Counted from the whole stretch's first letter, positions 33,501-50,056 are shown. The stretch is 63,684 nucleotides of DNA, filler included, from Reclinomonas americana ATCC 50394 (GCA_048213135.1; 5 parts of 5 records of this genome joined end to end with filler, not necessarily neighbours in it), one strand, 5' to 3'. Numbers and translations are program-made. Notes: generated by a model not told the origin, from the letters alone.

Positions 33501-36500
33501 GCGACTGTCTCGCAGAGACGTCGCAGTTGTTGCGTGGCTATCTGCGCCAGTGCTCAGAGGCACAGCATCGCGCGCGCAGCATGGTCACATCGTACGACAA
33601 TGTTTCGTATTCTTGCCACTCCTTTTGCCGCCGCTGCCATCGATTCTTCACTCACCCGTACTGGTGGCAGAGTCACCGCAAGCTGCGCGAGTTTGTGTGC
33701 CGCACCCCGTCGTACTATCGCAAACTGCCGGCACTCGCCGACAACATCCTGCGCATCTGCCACGGGAGTACACACAGGCGCAAGTCTGGTGCGGGGAGAG
33801 AGAGAGAGAGAGAGAGAGAGAGCATCTCCTGCTAGATGCTTCATGTCAACTCACATCCTTTCTCCCATACAGCGCTGGTGTTTGTGCAAGGCGCCCTCAA
33901 TGAGTGGTCGGAGATGGTCGACTGCATCTGCTGCGAGTTCCATCTGTGGGAGTCGCTGGTGCTGTGTCTGGCCGACAGCGACGAGTTGATGCGCCGCGAA
34001 GCCTTGGTGACGCTGTGCGTTGTGCTGAAAGTGTTTGCCGTCACCGACAAGTGTGAGCTGGTTCGCATGCTGCGCCAGTGCGCCTTTGTGCCACGCCTGA
34101 CGTTGGCGCGAGAGACGGCTCGAGTGCGAGGTGCGTTGGCGAGGATCAACAAGTCGTCATGCAGTTGTCATCTTCATATTCACCTGGGTGTGATGTTGCA
34201 GCGCTGGCCGTGCAACTGTACCGTGTGCTGTCGACGCCCTCCGAGTCANNNNNNNNNNNNNNNNNNNNNNNNNNNNNNNNNNNNNNNNNNNNNNNNNNNN
34301 NNNNNNNNNNNNNNNNNNNNNNNNNNNNNNNNNNNNNNNNNNNNNNNNNNNNNNNNNNNNNNNNNNNNNNNNNNNNNNNNNNNNNNNNNNNNNNNNNNNN
34401 NNNNNNNNNNNNNNNNNNNNNNNNNNNNNNNNNNNNNNNNNNNNNNNNNNNNNNNNNNNNNNNNNNNNNNNNNNNNNNNNNNNNNNNNNNNNNNNNNNNN
34501 NNNNNNNNNNNNNNNNNNNNNNNNNNNNNNNNNNNNNNNNNNNNNNNNNNNNNNNNNNNNNNNNNNNNNNNNNNNNNNNNNNNNNNNNNNNNNNNNNNNN
34601 NNNNNNNNNNNNNNNNNNNNNNNNNNNNNNNNNNNNNNNNNNNNNNNNNNNNNNNNNNNNNNNNNNNNNNNNNNNNNNNNNNNNNNNNNNNNNNNNNNNN
34701 NNNNNNNNNNNNNNNNNNNNNNNNNNNNNNNNNNNNNNNNNNNNNNNNNNNNNNNNNNNNNNNNNNNNNNNNNNNNNNNNNNNNNNNNNNNNNNNNNNNN
34801 NNNNNNNNNNNNNNNNNNNNNNNNNNNNNNNNNNNNNNNNNNNNNNNNNNNNNNNNNNNNNNNNNNNNNNNNNNNNNNNNNNNNNNNNNNNNNNNNNNNN
34901 NNNNNNNNNNNNNNNNNNNNNNNNNNNNNNNNNNNNNNNNNNNNNNNNNNNNNNNNNNNNNNNNNNNNNNNNNNNNNNNNNNNNNNNNNNNNNNNNNNNN
35001 NNNNNNNNNNNNNNNNNNNNNNNNNNNNNNNNNNNNNNNNNNNNNNNNNNNNNNNNNNNNNNNNNNNNNNNNNNNNNTAACACGGCGTGAGAGGACTGGA
35101 CATGATGATGAGTTAGAGAGGAGATGGCAACGTGAGGGGATTGAGAAAGAAGGAGAGAGAGGGGGATTGGAAGTGTGATGGAGAAGGAAGGAGAGTGGAG
35201 AAACGTAGCAACGAGAGAGAGTGGCGATTCAAAAAAGAAAGGGATGCGGAAGAGGGAATGTGAGAATGGGAGAGTGGAAAGAAAGGAATAAGGACACGAG
35301 AGTGAATTAAGGTTGAAGCAAGCAACAAGAACAATAGCAGAGAGGGAGGGCGAGAGAGCGAGAGAGTGTGGAAGTGAGATGGAGTGCGTAGAGGATTGGG
35401 AGCGAGAAAGAGAGAGAAGCGAAGAATGCGAAAGAGAGGAAGGAGAAGTGAGGAAGGAAGAGGACGGGATAAGGATTAATGCATGTGTTAACAGGCGTTT
35501 TTTGGTGCACCAATTTCCGCAGAACGAAGCGAGAGAAATAGTTTCAGCTATCGCGATTCTTCCTCACTCATTCCGTCGTCCTTTAGTGATCATGACGCGC
35601 CTGGCACAAGCTGGAGTTCTGGAGCAACTCGGCAAGCACGCGCGTCTGTTGTCACCCGGCGGCCTCTCTGGTCCTCCGCCAGTGCCGCAGCTACCACGGC
35701 CGAACCCGAAAGCCGGTCTCACACCGCTGCCGACCATGTCGAGCGCCGGTGAGTGTGCAGTCTGCTCACACGTACCGACTCAGTGGTGACTCACTGGCCT
35801 CGTGCGCCGCGCAGGGTCCGGCTCGCAAGCGCCATTCTCCGCCGTCACTGGTCCCTCGTCGTCGTCGTCGTCATCATCATCGGCAGCCGGTGGTTCGTCG
35901 GGCGACGCACAAGGTGGTGTGGGGTTGCCGGTGGATGTGGCCGCTGCGTTGGAGACGTGCCAGTTCTTGGTGTTTTCGCGACGGCCCGCCGTGCTCAGGT
36001 TCAGAAGAGATGATGTGTGCGCGCGCAAGTCTTACTCTCTCCCCCTATTCAATAATCCACTTGCAGGAGTTTCTCACTGATCGCGGGCTTGTCGGAGTAC
36101 TTTGGACGGCATTTGGGCATTCTGGTGCCGCCGCTACGTGGATTCGTCGACCTGGAACAGACGGTGGTTCCGCGCGTTCGACAGTCGTTGATGTTGGTGA
36201 CGTCGAGCACGATGCCGTCGGAGTTGGCGGCGGCCAATGCCATGTCGGTGGTGCAGGCGGCGGGGAGTAATTCATCGCGAACGACTCCGTTTGCCGGAAC
36301 CATCTTGGAGAGGGCGGGAGGGAGATCAGTACACAGGTGCGCAAAGGGGGAAAGGGGAAAGGGGAAAGGGAAGGGAAGGAGGAAAAAGGCGAGGGGTAAG
36401 TTGGCTGAGAGATTGATGGAGTGAGTGACTGATTAACTAAGAGAATGAAGGGGTGGGTAGTGGACGAAAGAGTGGGAAAGTGAGTGAGTAGGGACTGAGC

Positions 36501-38010
36501 GAAGGTGGGATGAAGATCATGAGTGACTGGGTATTCACGTGGTATAGGGAGAGAGAGAGAGAGAGAGAGTTAGAAGAGAAAGAGACGATGTGACAGAATG
36601 ACTAACTAAGAGAATGAAGGAGTGGGTAGTAGATGAAAGAGTGGGGAATTGAGTGAGTAGGGACTGAGCGAAGTCAGTGACTGAGAGAGACGAGTGAGTG
36701 AGTGATTGAGTCAGCTAGTCAGTCAGTGCGTGAGTGAGCGATTGCGAGAAAGAGAAAGAGATCGAAGGGGAGCGGACAGTGCAAAAGTATTGGTTTGCAG
36801 TCAATGAGATAAGCTGTGAGTTCTGTAGAGAGTGATGCAAGTGGGCGAACCCAGCGATTGAGCAAATAAGTGAGTGCAACGAGGGAGAGAATGCCCGAGT
36901 GACTGAGTGCTGGTGTGAGTCATGTTGTGTGTTGTTTCTCTCCCCGAATTTCCTTCATCCCCCCACGTTCCCATCTTCTGACCAGCTGTCCACCACCACG
37001 AACACAGTGAGCGACCCCTGGCCTCTCTGCCCTTCCACGCAGTGCGCGAACTCCGCGACCAACTGTTGTATCCCTTCATTGCGCTGCTGCGAGAGGTGGA
37101 TTCGGCCGAGGCCGTCACTCGACAGTTGTTCACGGATCGCAAGACGGGCCAGTCGCCTGGTTTGCGAATTCTGTCCTTCTTGAGCGAGGTGCGTTGTGCA
37201 GTCATCATGGGTAGTAGCAGCAGCAGCACTCACATGATCAGTGTCAACCAGGCATTCAGCCGCTTGTGGCGATGGATGTCCAATGTTGCGAAGGGAGGCA
37301 CTGGGCATGTCATGCGATGCTGCTTGCGTTACTTATTATGGTGTGTGTACAGTCAAGCAAGGCCGTGAAGAGCGAGGTGACCGAGACACTGCAGTTGATT
37401 ATCGATGTGTTTGAGACTGCCGTTGCGTCAGCACACCACCTGTGTATGAATGGTGATTGGAGAAGATCGCTAATCAGTTGCGGGCAGGTGCTGCAAGGCG
37501 GTCGACTGTCGGAGGCAGTGCGGCAGAGTGCGTTCTTGTCAACCGTGTTTGACTTGTACATGCTCAGCAAGCCGTCGAACCGCAACACGGAGGGTTTGCA
37601 TCCGTCGCTGGGCATGCTTATTGTGGCCACTGTGAGGCAAAAGGTGGGTGGAAGGGAAAGGAAGGGATACGGGGCGGCGGAGTGAGAATGTGATTATGAA
37701 TTGGTGTACGATGCGTGAGAAAGGAGAAGGTGGGAGCGGAGTGAGCACGTGGTTTTGAATCTGCGTACGGTGGGTGCGGGTGGGAGAGGAAGGAGAAGGT
37801 GGGAGTTCAGTGAGAATGTAATTATGAATCGGTGTACAGTGAGGATTGGGAAGGTGGGAGCAGAGAGAGAATGAGAATAGAGTCACCGTTAGATTCGTGA
37901 GAGAGGAATGGAAAAGTGCGAGCTGAGGGAGATGTTGAATGGTGTCTGTGTGTTAGCGTCCAGCAGTTTTCCGTGTTATCTGCAATGCGCGTTCCTCTGT
38001 TGAAGATTGA
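19802..38010 (+). CDS. Giant multi-exon protein: long S/P-rich N-terminus, central pseudokinase domain (~30500-32450), helical ARM/HEAT-like C-terminus; 3' end approximate
   Basis: A chain of in-frame GT-AG exons starts at MTSPPPPTAP. Kinase-like segments: LLTTENAFVTRDGNVLFAPL, GDSPFIPPEW, LVWSFGCFMLSLL, LASCCLQIVPKYRISFRALVN|HPFF. Two large gaps lie inside, so it could be more than one gene. Confidence 0.6.
21425..22560. repeat. Degenerate ~240-250 bp tandem repeat in an intron
   Basis: aagaaagagtgaggcacagtgaggg at ~21581 and ~21829; agagcagaacaaacaggttcg at ~22136 and ~22376; gccatgctgactg recurs. Confidence 0.7.
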
Positions 38011-38376
38011 GTGGCTGTGTCACTCGGCTGTATGCAGAAGCCAGTGCGTCAGTGTTCAATCAGCAGTGTAACAGTTGGTACAGCAGCTGGACACAGTCGT
38101 TACTTTGCGCGCACAATATTGCTGTCAGTGAAGTGTGACGCACTGTGCAACATCTGTGTACAATAGCTGCTTTCTGTCACACTTTGCATCAAGATCTTGT
38201 GAATACTAAACACCCGCTCTATGCCTTCAGGACTCCGACTTTGACTCGGCGCTGGCTGGTTGGAACTGTGGTGGCGTGTTTGCTTCCACCTGCACCGAGC
38301 AGTATCAGCTGCTGGCGGAATGTGTTCGGGCCNNNNNNNNNNNNNNNNNNNNNNNNNNNNNNNNNNNNNNNNNNNN

Positions 38377-38388
38377 TTAATTAATTAA
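38377..38388. other. Artificial scaffold linker TTAATTAATTAA
   Basis: Same 12-mer between N runs. Confidence 0.95.
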
Positions 38389-38432
38389 NNNNNNNNNNNN
38401 NNNNNNNNNNNNNNNNNNNNNNNNNNNNNNNN

Positions 38433-38474
<42 letters not shown>

Positions 38475-38624
38475 GAGGAGGAGGAAGACAAGAGATGATT
38501 GCGATGAATGAATGACGTCAATGATGTGACTAAGAGAGTGAGAGAGCATGTATATGTGTGCATGTGCATGTGTGTGCATGTGTGAGAGAGGGGGGATGAG
38601 TGGAGGAGAGTGACTCTCACGCAC

Positions 38625-38909
38625 CTGTCGAATGGCATACTCAAACGAGTCAAAGTCAATGTACTCGCGTGCCTTGGAGTCGTTCTCCCACACAATCTCC
38701 TTTGCCTGTGCCTGTGCGTTCCCAGACACATACACACACAGAGAGAGAGTCAACACACACATAAAAAGGCGCGCAACACCCCACATTATGCTCACCAGTG
38801 TCACTGGCTTGCCAAGTCGACGCAGAATCGTCTGCAGAGTCTTGGGGGTGATGCGCCCGTGCCCATCCAGGTCGAGAATGCGATAGATTTGCTCCAGAGG
38901 AAGCTCCAT
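38625..38909 (-). CDS. Calmodulin/centrin-like EF-hand protein, 3'-partial (exons 38909-38796 and 38711-38625)
   Basis: MELPLEQIYRILDLDGHGRITPKTLQTILRRLGKPVTL|AQAKEIVWENDSKAREYIDFDSFEYAIRQ, a paired EF-hand pattern. The scaffold ends in the next intron. Confidence 0.8.
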
Positions 38910-39063
38910 GTCTCACAAAAGAGAGAAGAAGAGAGAAAAAACCAAACGTCGACGGACAAGTAAAGACAGATTGTGTTCTTTATTATCTTCCATGTGTTGA
39001 GCATAGTGGAAGGCTATGCTCTGCGCTCGTTGAAGTCCGTGTAGAAAAAAGAGAATGAACGAG

Positions 39064-39073
39064 TAAAAAAAAA
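39064..39073 (-). terminator. Pol III oligo-T terminator of the tRNA gene
   Basis: A run of about 9 T on the minus strand, about 12 nt downstream of the tRNA 3' end. Confidence 0.7.
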
Positions 39074-39084
39074 TCAAAAGACAG

Positions 39085-39156
39085 TGGACGGTGGGGGAAT
39101 CGAACCCCCGACCTCAGCCATGCGAAGGATGCGTTATACCACTAAACCAACCGCCC
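39085..39156 (-). tRNA. tRNA-Ala(CGC)
   Basis: Reverse complement GGGCGGT TG GTTT AGTGGTA TAAC G CATCC TTCGCAT GGCTG AGGTC GGGGG TTCGATT CCCCC ACCGTCC A forms a cloverleaf with anticodon CGC, the G3:U70 Ala identity pair and discriminator A. Confidence 0.93.
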
Positions 39157-40630
39157 AACTTGATAACGTCTAGTAACGGATGCAACGGGCCGCTGAGCAC
39201 AGCAAGCAAGAAAGCACGAGCTGCTGTGGTCGCGGCGTGGCAAAAGTCTTTGTGCAGGTGCACGGCATGATGTGCACAGAGAATGGAGTGAGCTGTGGCT
39301 GATCGCTCTTGGATCAGTGATCGACGAACAAAGCAAAACTTGAAAATCAATCTTCGAAACCTGCAAAACAGTGCCACTGGGTGTGCTCAACGACATGCCA
39401 CTATCTGTGTCGACTTGTGTGTGCGTGCGTGTGTGTGACACGGGAAACCGCTGACTGTGGACGATGGACAAGTGAGGCATGTGTGTGCTCCACCATCGCC
39501 GTGGGCGCCACGCACTCCGCCAGGCGACACGTTGTGCACATCCTTGCAGAATCTGCAAACAAGGTGCGTGCTGGTGTACTGCGCATGCACACGACAACCA
39601 ATTTCGATCGCGAGAGAATGCATGCAGCATGCATTGTGAATCATGCTGATGATGCTGAACCACTCGCGAGCGCTGCTGTCACCTGTCAATCCTTCGCCGG
39701 CACTATCACCACCACCGCCCGCTCACTGCCCATGCACCACGCAGCGAACAAAAATGCCTTTCCGATATGTGCGCGCGCTTGCGACCTCATGCTTGTCCCT
39801 CGCACACGCAGAGGGAATCGTGGCGAACTGCATGTCCACGCACCGCGTCGTGCATCCCACTGCCGCAGCCAGTAGAATCTCTCAGCCCCGAGCCAGCTGG
39901 ACTCGGCGTCGCACCACCAGCTACCTGTTTGTCAAGTGAGCAGCAATCTCACTTGTTTTTCATGCTCCTTCATTCATCCTTTTCCCGCTCCTGCAAGTGG
40001 AATCTTCTCACCTCCTCTCCCACCACCTTCCCTGCAGTGCGTGCGCGTTTCCACTGCCGTGCTTGATGCTCACTTCACGGTGTGCCCGACATGCAGCACA
40101 CACACACTGGTCAGCATCTCTCCTGTATCTCGGCATTATTATCAGCAAGGTGGTGACCATTCGCGACTCGAGACGCCGCATTGCATGCAGGCAGTCCAGG
40201 CAGGCGCTCATCGACGACGATGTATGCACTGCACTTATCCGCCAGAATCGAAGGTTTGTCGCGTGGTCGCGAAGGACGTTCACCCCCGGATCCCCACCAC
40301 TCACTTGTGCGTGAACAGTCACTCGGTAATCGACTCGCTGCTGCTCGAGTGGTCCGCACTTTGATTGCCCTCCCCCTTCATGCTCACGATTCTCCATATC
40401 CACACCATCACCATTTGGCGCCACGGCTGCGGCGGCACGGCGAGGTCGCAGCTGTCCGATTCCCTGCGCATGCAGGCGGCTGCCCAATTGTAAGAATCTG
40501 CTTTGTGCGCGCGCGGCGCCTCCGTTGGCGCCAAATCGATTCTTTCTCACTATTCGCTTCCTCCTACGGAGCACAGACCACCTCCCCGTACTGCCACTCC
40601 TTGCCGCCACTCAACGATAGACCCACCACC

Positions 40631-43278
40631 ATGAAGCTCGTCCTCATCCTCGCCTTGCTTGTCGTGATCGCCTGTGCGCACTCTGCGCAGGCCAGCGGCG
40701 GACCATGTGTGTACAACGCCGACTGCAACTTCCACTTGGGCCAAACGAGCGGCTACTGCGACCAGATTACCCACAAGTGTGTGTGCTACGCCGGCATTGA
40801 TGGTGCGTCTTGATACTCAGCAGTTGCAATGGCATATCATGCAGAGAGAATCGCGGGGCAGTGACCATCATGTCTGTGTTGGCACTACTCAGTGAATCTA
40901 CACCGCTGTTCTCCTCTGCACTCGTGGTGTCCTTCCTTTTGCATGTGTGTTGCGAGAGAGACGACGCAATAAGTTTGTGTTCGGTCCGCTGATTCCCTCC
41001 AGTTTTTGCTTCTGATTTTCTGCAATTCTGTTCACTTCTATATTATAGAGTGCACACTCCTTTGTGCCATACTCACCTCGCCATTCCACAGGACCCAACT
41101 GCCAGTGCCGCCCCGTCGAGTCGTGCAGCGGTCATGGCACCTGCAATGCCAATGGCACATGCAACTGGTGAGTTCCGGCACTCCCTCATCCCTCTTCCCC
41201 CTCCTGTCATCCTCTGCTCACGTGCACTCCACACCATAGCAACACGAACACGTGGACCGGCACGCACTGCGAGATTTGTGTGGTGCGTCTGCAGTCATGA
41301 TCACTGACCTGCTTGCCCTTCCTCCCCTCTCTCACACATGCACACCCATTGTCATCGCCAATCACAGAACGGCCAATGTGGAGCCAACTGCAACCAGACG
41401 GTCAGCTATCGTTTCTATTCCCTACGCACCTTTCGTCTCGCCCACCTCACTCTCTCTCTCTCTCTCTCTCTCTCTTTCCAACAGTGCCCGCCAGCGCTCT
41501 TCTGCACGACCTCGACTCTGCTGCAAGGTGTGAAGGACTTCTTCGCGCTGCCGCTGGATGGACCTACCACCCCGTCGCCCGCCCTGTCCGCCTCTGTCAG
41601 TCCGTTCCCGCATTCGCGTCAGTGGGATCAGGCGCTGCCGCTGGACAACTTCCTCACCACCACCTTCACGCTGCCGTCGGGCGGCGGAGCGGTCACGAGT
41701 GCCACACTCAACATGCGGTGCAAGCCGTACCAGAACTTGTCGACGAACGACACCATCAGTCTGCGAGTCTACAACGGCTTCACGCTGGTCGGTGTGTGGT
41801 CGCTACCGTTTGGCCTCGGCTTCGGCTACGCCCTGGATCTCTTTGGCACTTGGTCGAGCTCGCAAATCCCCCCGCTTGGTCAGCTCTTCTCGGTGAGTGT
41901 CTTTTTATCTCTCTGTGTGTGTCTGCGTGTGGTTGCTCGATTGCTTACTGTGCGAGGCATGATAGTTCGACCTGGACAAGTTGCCGATCGGTCCGCAGTC
42001 GTATCAGTCGCTGATTGCCGCCATTGACACGTATCGCAACTTGTCGGTGTGTATGGTGGCTGGGTGGGCACGCTGCACATGTGTGGAGTTGTGACCGATT
42101 GTCTACGTGTGCAGATCGTGGTGCAAGACGACACGGCGTGCGATTACGCGGAGCTGACCTTCACTCGCGTTGCGTTGCTGCGCAGGCATGTAATGTTGAT
42201 TTTTGCCTCTCTCACTCACCGTCTCCCTCTGTATTCATGACCACAGTGCGCGCCATGCCAGTCGACATTCACGCTGCACGGCATCAAGGATAACTTTGCG
42301 GGCGCCACGGAACCCACCTCGCCGAGCCCGAGTCTCACGGCCTGGCTCATTGCCAATGGCGCTGCGCCGCAAAAGCCGTTCGACTCCACCACTGTCAACG
42401 CCAGCCTTGCGGACTCGTTCCTCAACCTGCCAAACAACATCAACTCGGCCAAGCTTCGCTTCGTCGCCAAGCCTCGTTGCGTCCGGAGAGTCGTCTACAC
42501 TATCATGTGCTGTTTTCAGTCACTAATTGCGCTCGTCGTGCAGTGCCCGACAACCCAAGCAACGACGCCATCGCCTTCATGGCCTTTGACAACCTCGGAC
42601 AGCGCATTGCGGCGGGAAGTTCCTGCTTCGGCAACGGCGTACGTACCCTGCAGTCGTTCTTGCAAATGAGTTGTTGGCTCATCATTTCTCTCTGACCACA
42701 CAGAGCCCCACATGCCTGCGCCCGAACCTGTGGACCACGGCCAACTACCCGAATGGCTTTTCGTTCGTCATCGACCTTGCCACGGTGCCGATCACAACGC
42801 CAGTGGCCAGCCCGTACGCCACAGTTCTCGACCTCATCAAGGCGCAGAAGCGGCTGGACATCTACGTCGAGGGTACGTATCTTCTTGTCACTCGGTGGCG
42901 GAGGTGGTGCTCACTTCCTGCTCACAGACGACACCAACATCGACTACTTCGAGCTGGAGATTGAGGTGTGCGTGCCTCAGGGACCGATTCTGACGCCGAA
43001 TTGCCAGACGATCAATGGTGCGTCGTCGTTCAGTGTGTGTGCTTCTTGCGGCGAGTGTTTCCGATCGACTTACATTGCGTGCGCGCACAGATTGCAACGG
43101 CCAGAACAACTCGAGTGGCTGCGTGGGTGGCCAGTGCCAGTGCTGGCCGGGCATTGGCGGCCCGCACTGCGAGTGTCGCCCGGTGGAGACCTGCCACGGC
43201 CACGGCACGTGCGACTTGGTCACGGGCGCTTGCATCTGCCAGCCACCCGCCACTGGCACCTTCTGCGAAATCTACTGA
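40631..43278 (+). CDS. Secreted protein: signal peptide, EGF-like repeats, two copies of an unrecognised ~170-190-aa domain, C-terminal EGF-like repeats
   Basis: MKLVLILALLVVIACAHSAQA signal; EGF motifs CVCYAGIDGPNC, CSGHGTC and CQCWPGIGGPHC. The duplicated domain ends SIVVQDDTACDYAEL in one copy and DIYVEDDTNIDYFEL in the other. All junctions are in-frame GT-AG. Confidence 0.8.
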
Positions 43279-45062
43279 GCAGGAGGCGACGGCGGAGGAG
43301 GAGCCGACAATGGAGCTCAGTGTGGGGACGTGGTAGAGTGATTGTTTGTGGTGGCGTGCCCGTCCTCTCCCTCTTCCTCTCCCTCTCCCTCTCCCTGTCT
43401 ATCTATCGATATCTGTATCTCAACCCTCTCCATCTCCGCGAGTTCCAATGACATTTTGTGTGCGTGTGTTATGTGGACCAACACTGCTGCTTCCTGCTGT
43501 CACTGCGTGGGGTTATGAAACGAAAAAGAAAATGATGCATATGGAAAAAATCATGATCAGTGAAGCGAAGTGTGGTGACGGCGAACTCTGGTGTTGGCTG
43601 TTGGGCAACAGCAACAACAACTTTACTGATCCAGATAGAAACACAACTGCATGATGATCACCATCTTCAGTGAGCTCCAGGGACTCAAACGTCAAACTAT
43701 CACCTTTCTCTCCGTCCTTCTTTCTCTTCCTCTCTCTTGTCTCCAACAACAACTTTANNNNNNNNNNNNNNNNNNNNNNNNNNNNNNNNNNNNNNNNNNN
43801 NNNNNNNNNNNNNNNNNNNNNNNNNNNNNNNNNNNNNNNNNNNNNNNNNNNNNNNNNNNNNNNNNNNNNNNNNNNNNNNNNNNNNNNNNNNNNNNNNNNN
43901 NNNNNNNNNNNNNNNNNNNNNNNNNNNNNNNNNNNNNNNNNNNNNNNNNNNNNNNNNNNNNNNNNNNNNNNNNNNNNNNNNNNNNNNNNNNNNNNNNNNN
44001 NNNNNNNNNNNNNNNNNNNNNNNNNNNNNNNNNNNNNNNNNNNNNNNNNNNNNNNNNNNNNNNNNNNNNNNNNNNNNNNNNNNNNNNNNNNNNNNNNNNN
44101 NNNNNNNNNNNNNNNNNNNNNNNNNNNNNNNNNNNNNNNNNNNNNNNNNNNNNNNNNNNNNNNNNNNNNNNNNNNNNNNNNNNNNNNNNNNNNNNNNNNN
44201 NNNNNNNNNNNNNNNNNNNNNNNNNNNNNNNNNNNNNNNNNNNNNNNNNNNNNNNNNNNNNNNNNNNNNNNNNNNNNNNNNNNNNNNNNNNNNNNNNNNN
44301 NNNNNNNNNNNNNNNNNNNNNNNNNNNNNNNNNNNNNNNNNNNNNNNNNNNNNNNNNNNNNNNNNNNNNNNNNNNNNNNNNNNNNNNNNNNNNNNNNNNN
44401 NNNNNNNNNNNNNNNNNNNNNNNNNNNNNNNNNNNNNNNNNNNNNNNNNNNNNNNNNNNNNNNNNNNNNNNNNNNNNNNNNNNNNNNNNNNNNNNNNNNN
44501 NNNNNNNNNNNNNNNNNNNNNNNNNNNNNNNNNNNNNNNNNNNNNNATTTCCTGTTCTCCCCCTTTCCCTTTCCCACCCTGCCCCTTCCCCTCATTGTGT
44601 ACGTCCGTATGTTCGCTCTCGGTGCTTCGACTGAGTCGGGATCAGCAGCAAGCTTTTTCAACGAGCGGTGGAGCAACGACCTCTGCACGAATGAGTCCGA
44701 CAACTCGAACGCAATGATCCTGACATCGAAGTTGATTTCCGGACCCGGTTTTTCTCCGTTTTCCGGCCTGCACTTTTAACGACGGTAGAATGTAGACGAA
44801 GTCGTGGGGCCAGTCCACTGCTCAACCGTGTCGCTCTGCAACATCAGTCGAAGTTCTTGCTCCTTGCGATGAATTCGAATCGCGATATCGATCGATATCG
44901 CGATATCGCACACTCTTCGAACTCGTGGCACCACTGCTGTCGTCAAGGCTGGTGTCTTTCTATTGACTTCTGGCTGCTGTCATCAAGGCGCCTTGAATCT
45001 GGTCGTGAATGCACTTTGACATTCCAATCAACCAACACCAGTATCTCTCTATTCCTCTCACC

Positions 45063-48848
<3,786 letters not shown>

Positions 48849-48892
48849 NNNNNNNNNNNNNNNNNNNNNNNNNNNNNNNNNNNNNNNNNNNN

Positions 48893-48904
48893 TTAATTAA
48901 TTAA
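48893..48904. other. Artificial scaffold linker TTAATTAATTAA
   Basis: Same 12-mer between N runs. Confidence 0.95.
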
Positions 48905-49505
48905 NNNNNNNNNNNNNNNNNNNNNNNNNNNNNNNNNNNNNNNNNNNNTGAGAGTGGCGGAACATTGACACTTCTCACACGCAGACACACACACACACAC
49001 ACAAAGACACACACGCAGACAGACACTGGCACGCGCGCGCACATACACACGCGCATACACAGACACGCGCGCACAGACACACCTCTCTCGCAAAGCGCGC
49101 CTCTCTGTGTTCGGATTCCACCACTCCGCTCGATGGACCGAGTGCAGTCAAAGTCATATCACTCACTTTGGTGGTGTGCGACATCTACTTTATCTGCAAT
49201 CATGGATTTCCTCAACACAAAGTTGCGAAGAGTGGGAACGCAGGTGGTTTTCGCGGGGGGGGGGGATGGTGATGGCGCGTGTGATATCCATGCTTTTTTC
49301 AGGGGCGCGCGCACACTGCGCTCTCTCTCTTTATGTGTGTGTGTACACATGTGTCTCTTTTCCTGTGTGCGTGTGGGTGTGCGCTTTATTTTTTTGTGCA
49401 CGGGCAAGTTCAATTGGGCCCATGCATGTGTGTGGCGCTCTCACTCTTTCTCGTTTGGCTTTTGACTTTGCGGGGTTCAATTGCAGCCACGCATCTCTGC
49501 TTCAC

Positions 49506-50056
49506 GTGCATTCACTCGTCTTCTCTCACTTTGATTGCTGGGTTCAAGTGTATTCACCACTCTTCTTCTTCTACTTCTTCTTCTTCTCACTGTACTTCAA
49601 CTGCATTCACTTTCCTTCAGGTGCATTCACTCGTCTTCTCTCACTCTGATTGCTGGGTTCAATTGCATTCACCATTTTCCCACTCGTCTTCTTCTTTCTA
49701 CTTCAACTGCATTCACTTTCCTGCAGGTGCATTCACTTGTCTTCTCTCACTTTGATTGCTGGGTTCAAGTGCATTCACCCTTCTCCACTTCTTCTTCTTC
49801 TCACTGTACTTCAACTGCATTCACTTTCCTTCAGGTGCATTCACTCGTCTTCTCTCTCTCTGATTGCTGGGTTCAATTGCATTCACCATTTTCCCACTCG
49901 TCTTCTTCTTTCTACTTCAACTGCATTCACTTTCCTGCAGGTGCATTCACTCGTCTTCTCTCACTTTGCTTGCTGGGTTCAAGTGCATTCACCCTTTGCA
50001 CTCGTCTTCTTCTTCTCACTCTACTTCAACTGCATTCACTTTCCTTCAAGTGCACT
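49506..50056. repeat. Minisatellite, five ~106-115 bp units built on a TGCATTCAC sub-repeat
   Basis: Units start gtgcattcactYgtcttctc at 49506, 49621, 49727, 49835 and 49941. Confidence 0.92.

Noticed and set aside
39200-40560. Possible minus-strand multi-exon gene between the tRNA and the EGF gene
   Set aside because: There are some exon-like stretches, but I could not build a consistent spliced frame or recognise a motif.
43513-44870. Possible minus-strand gene spanning the gap
   Set aside because: Mostly N. The flanking frames are ambiguous and show no recognisable homology.
49506-50056. Possible CRISPR array or coding repeat
   Set aside because: Whole units repeat with no unique spacers, and unit lengths are not consistently multiples of three.
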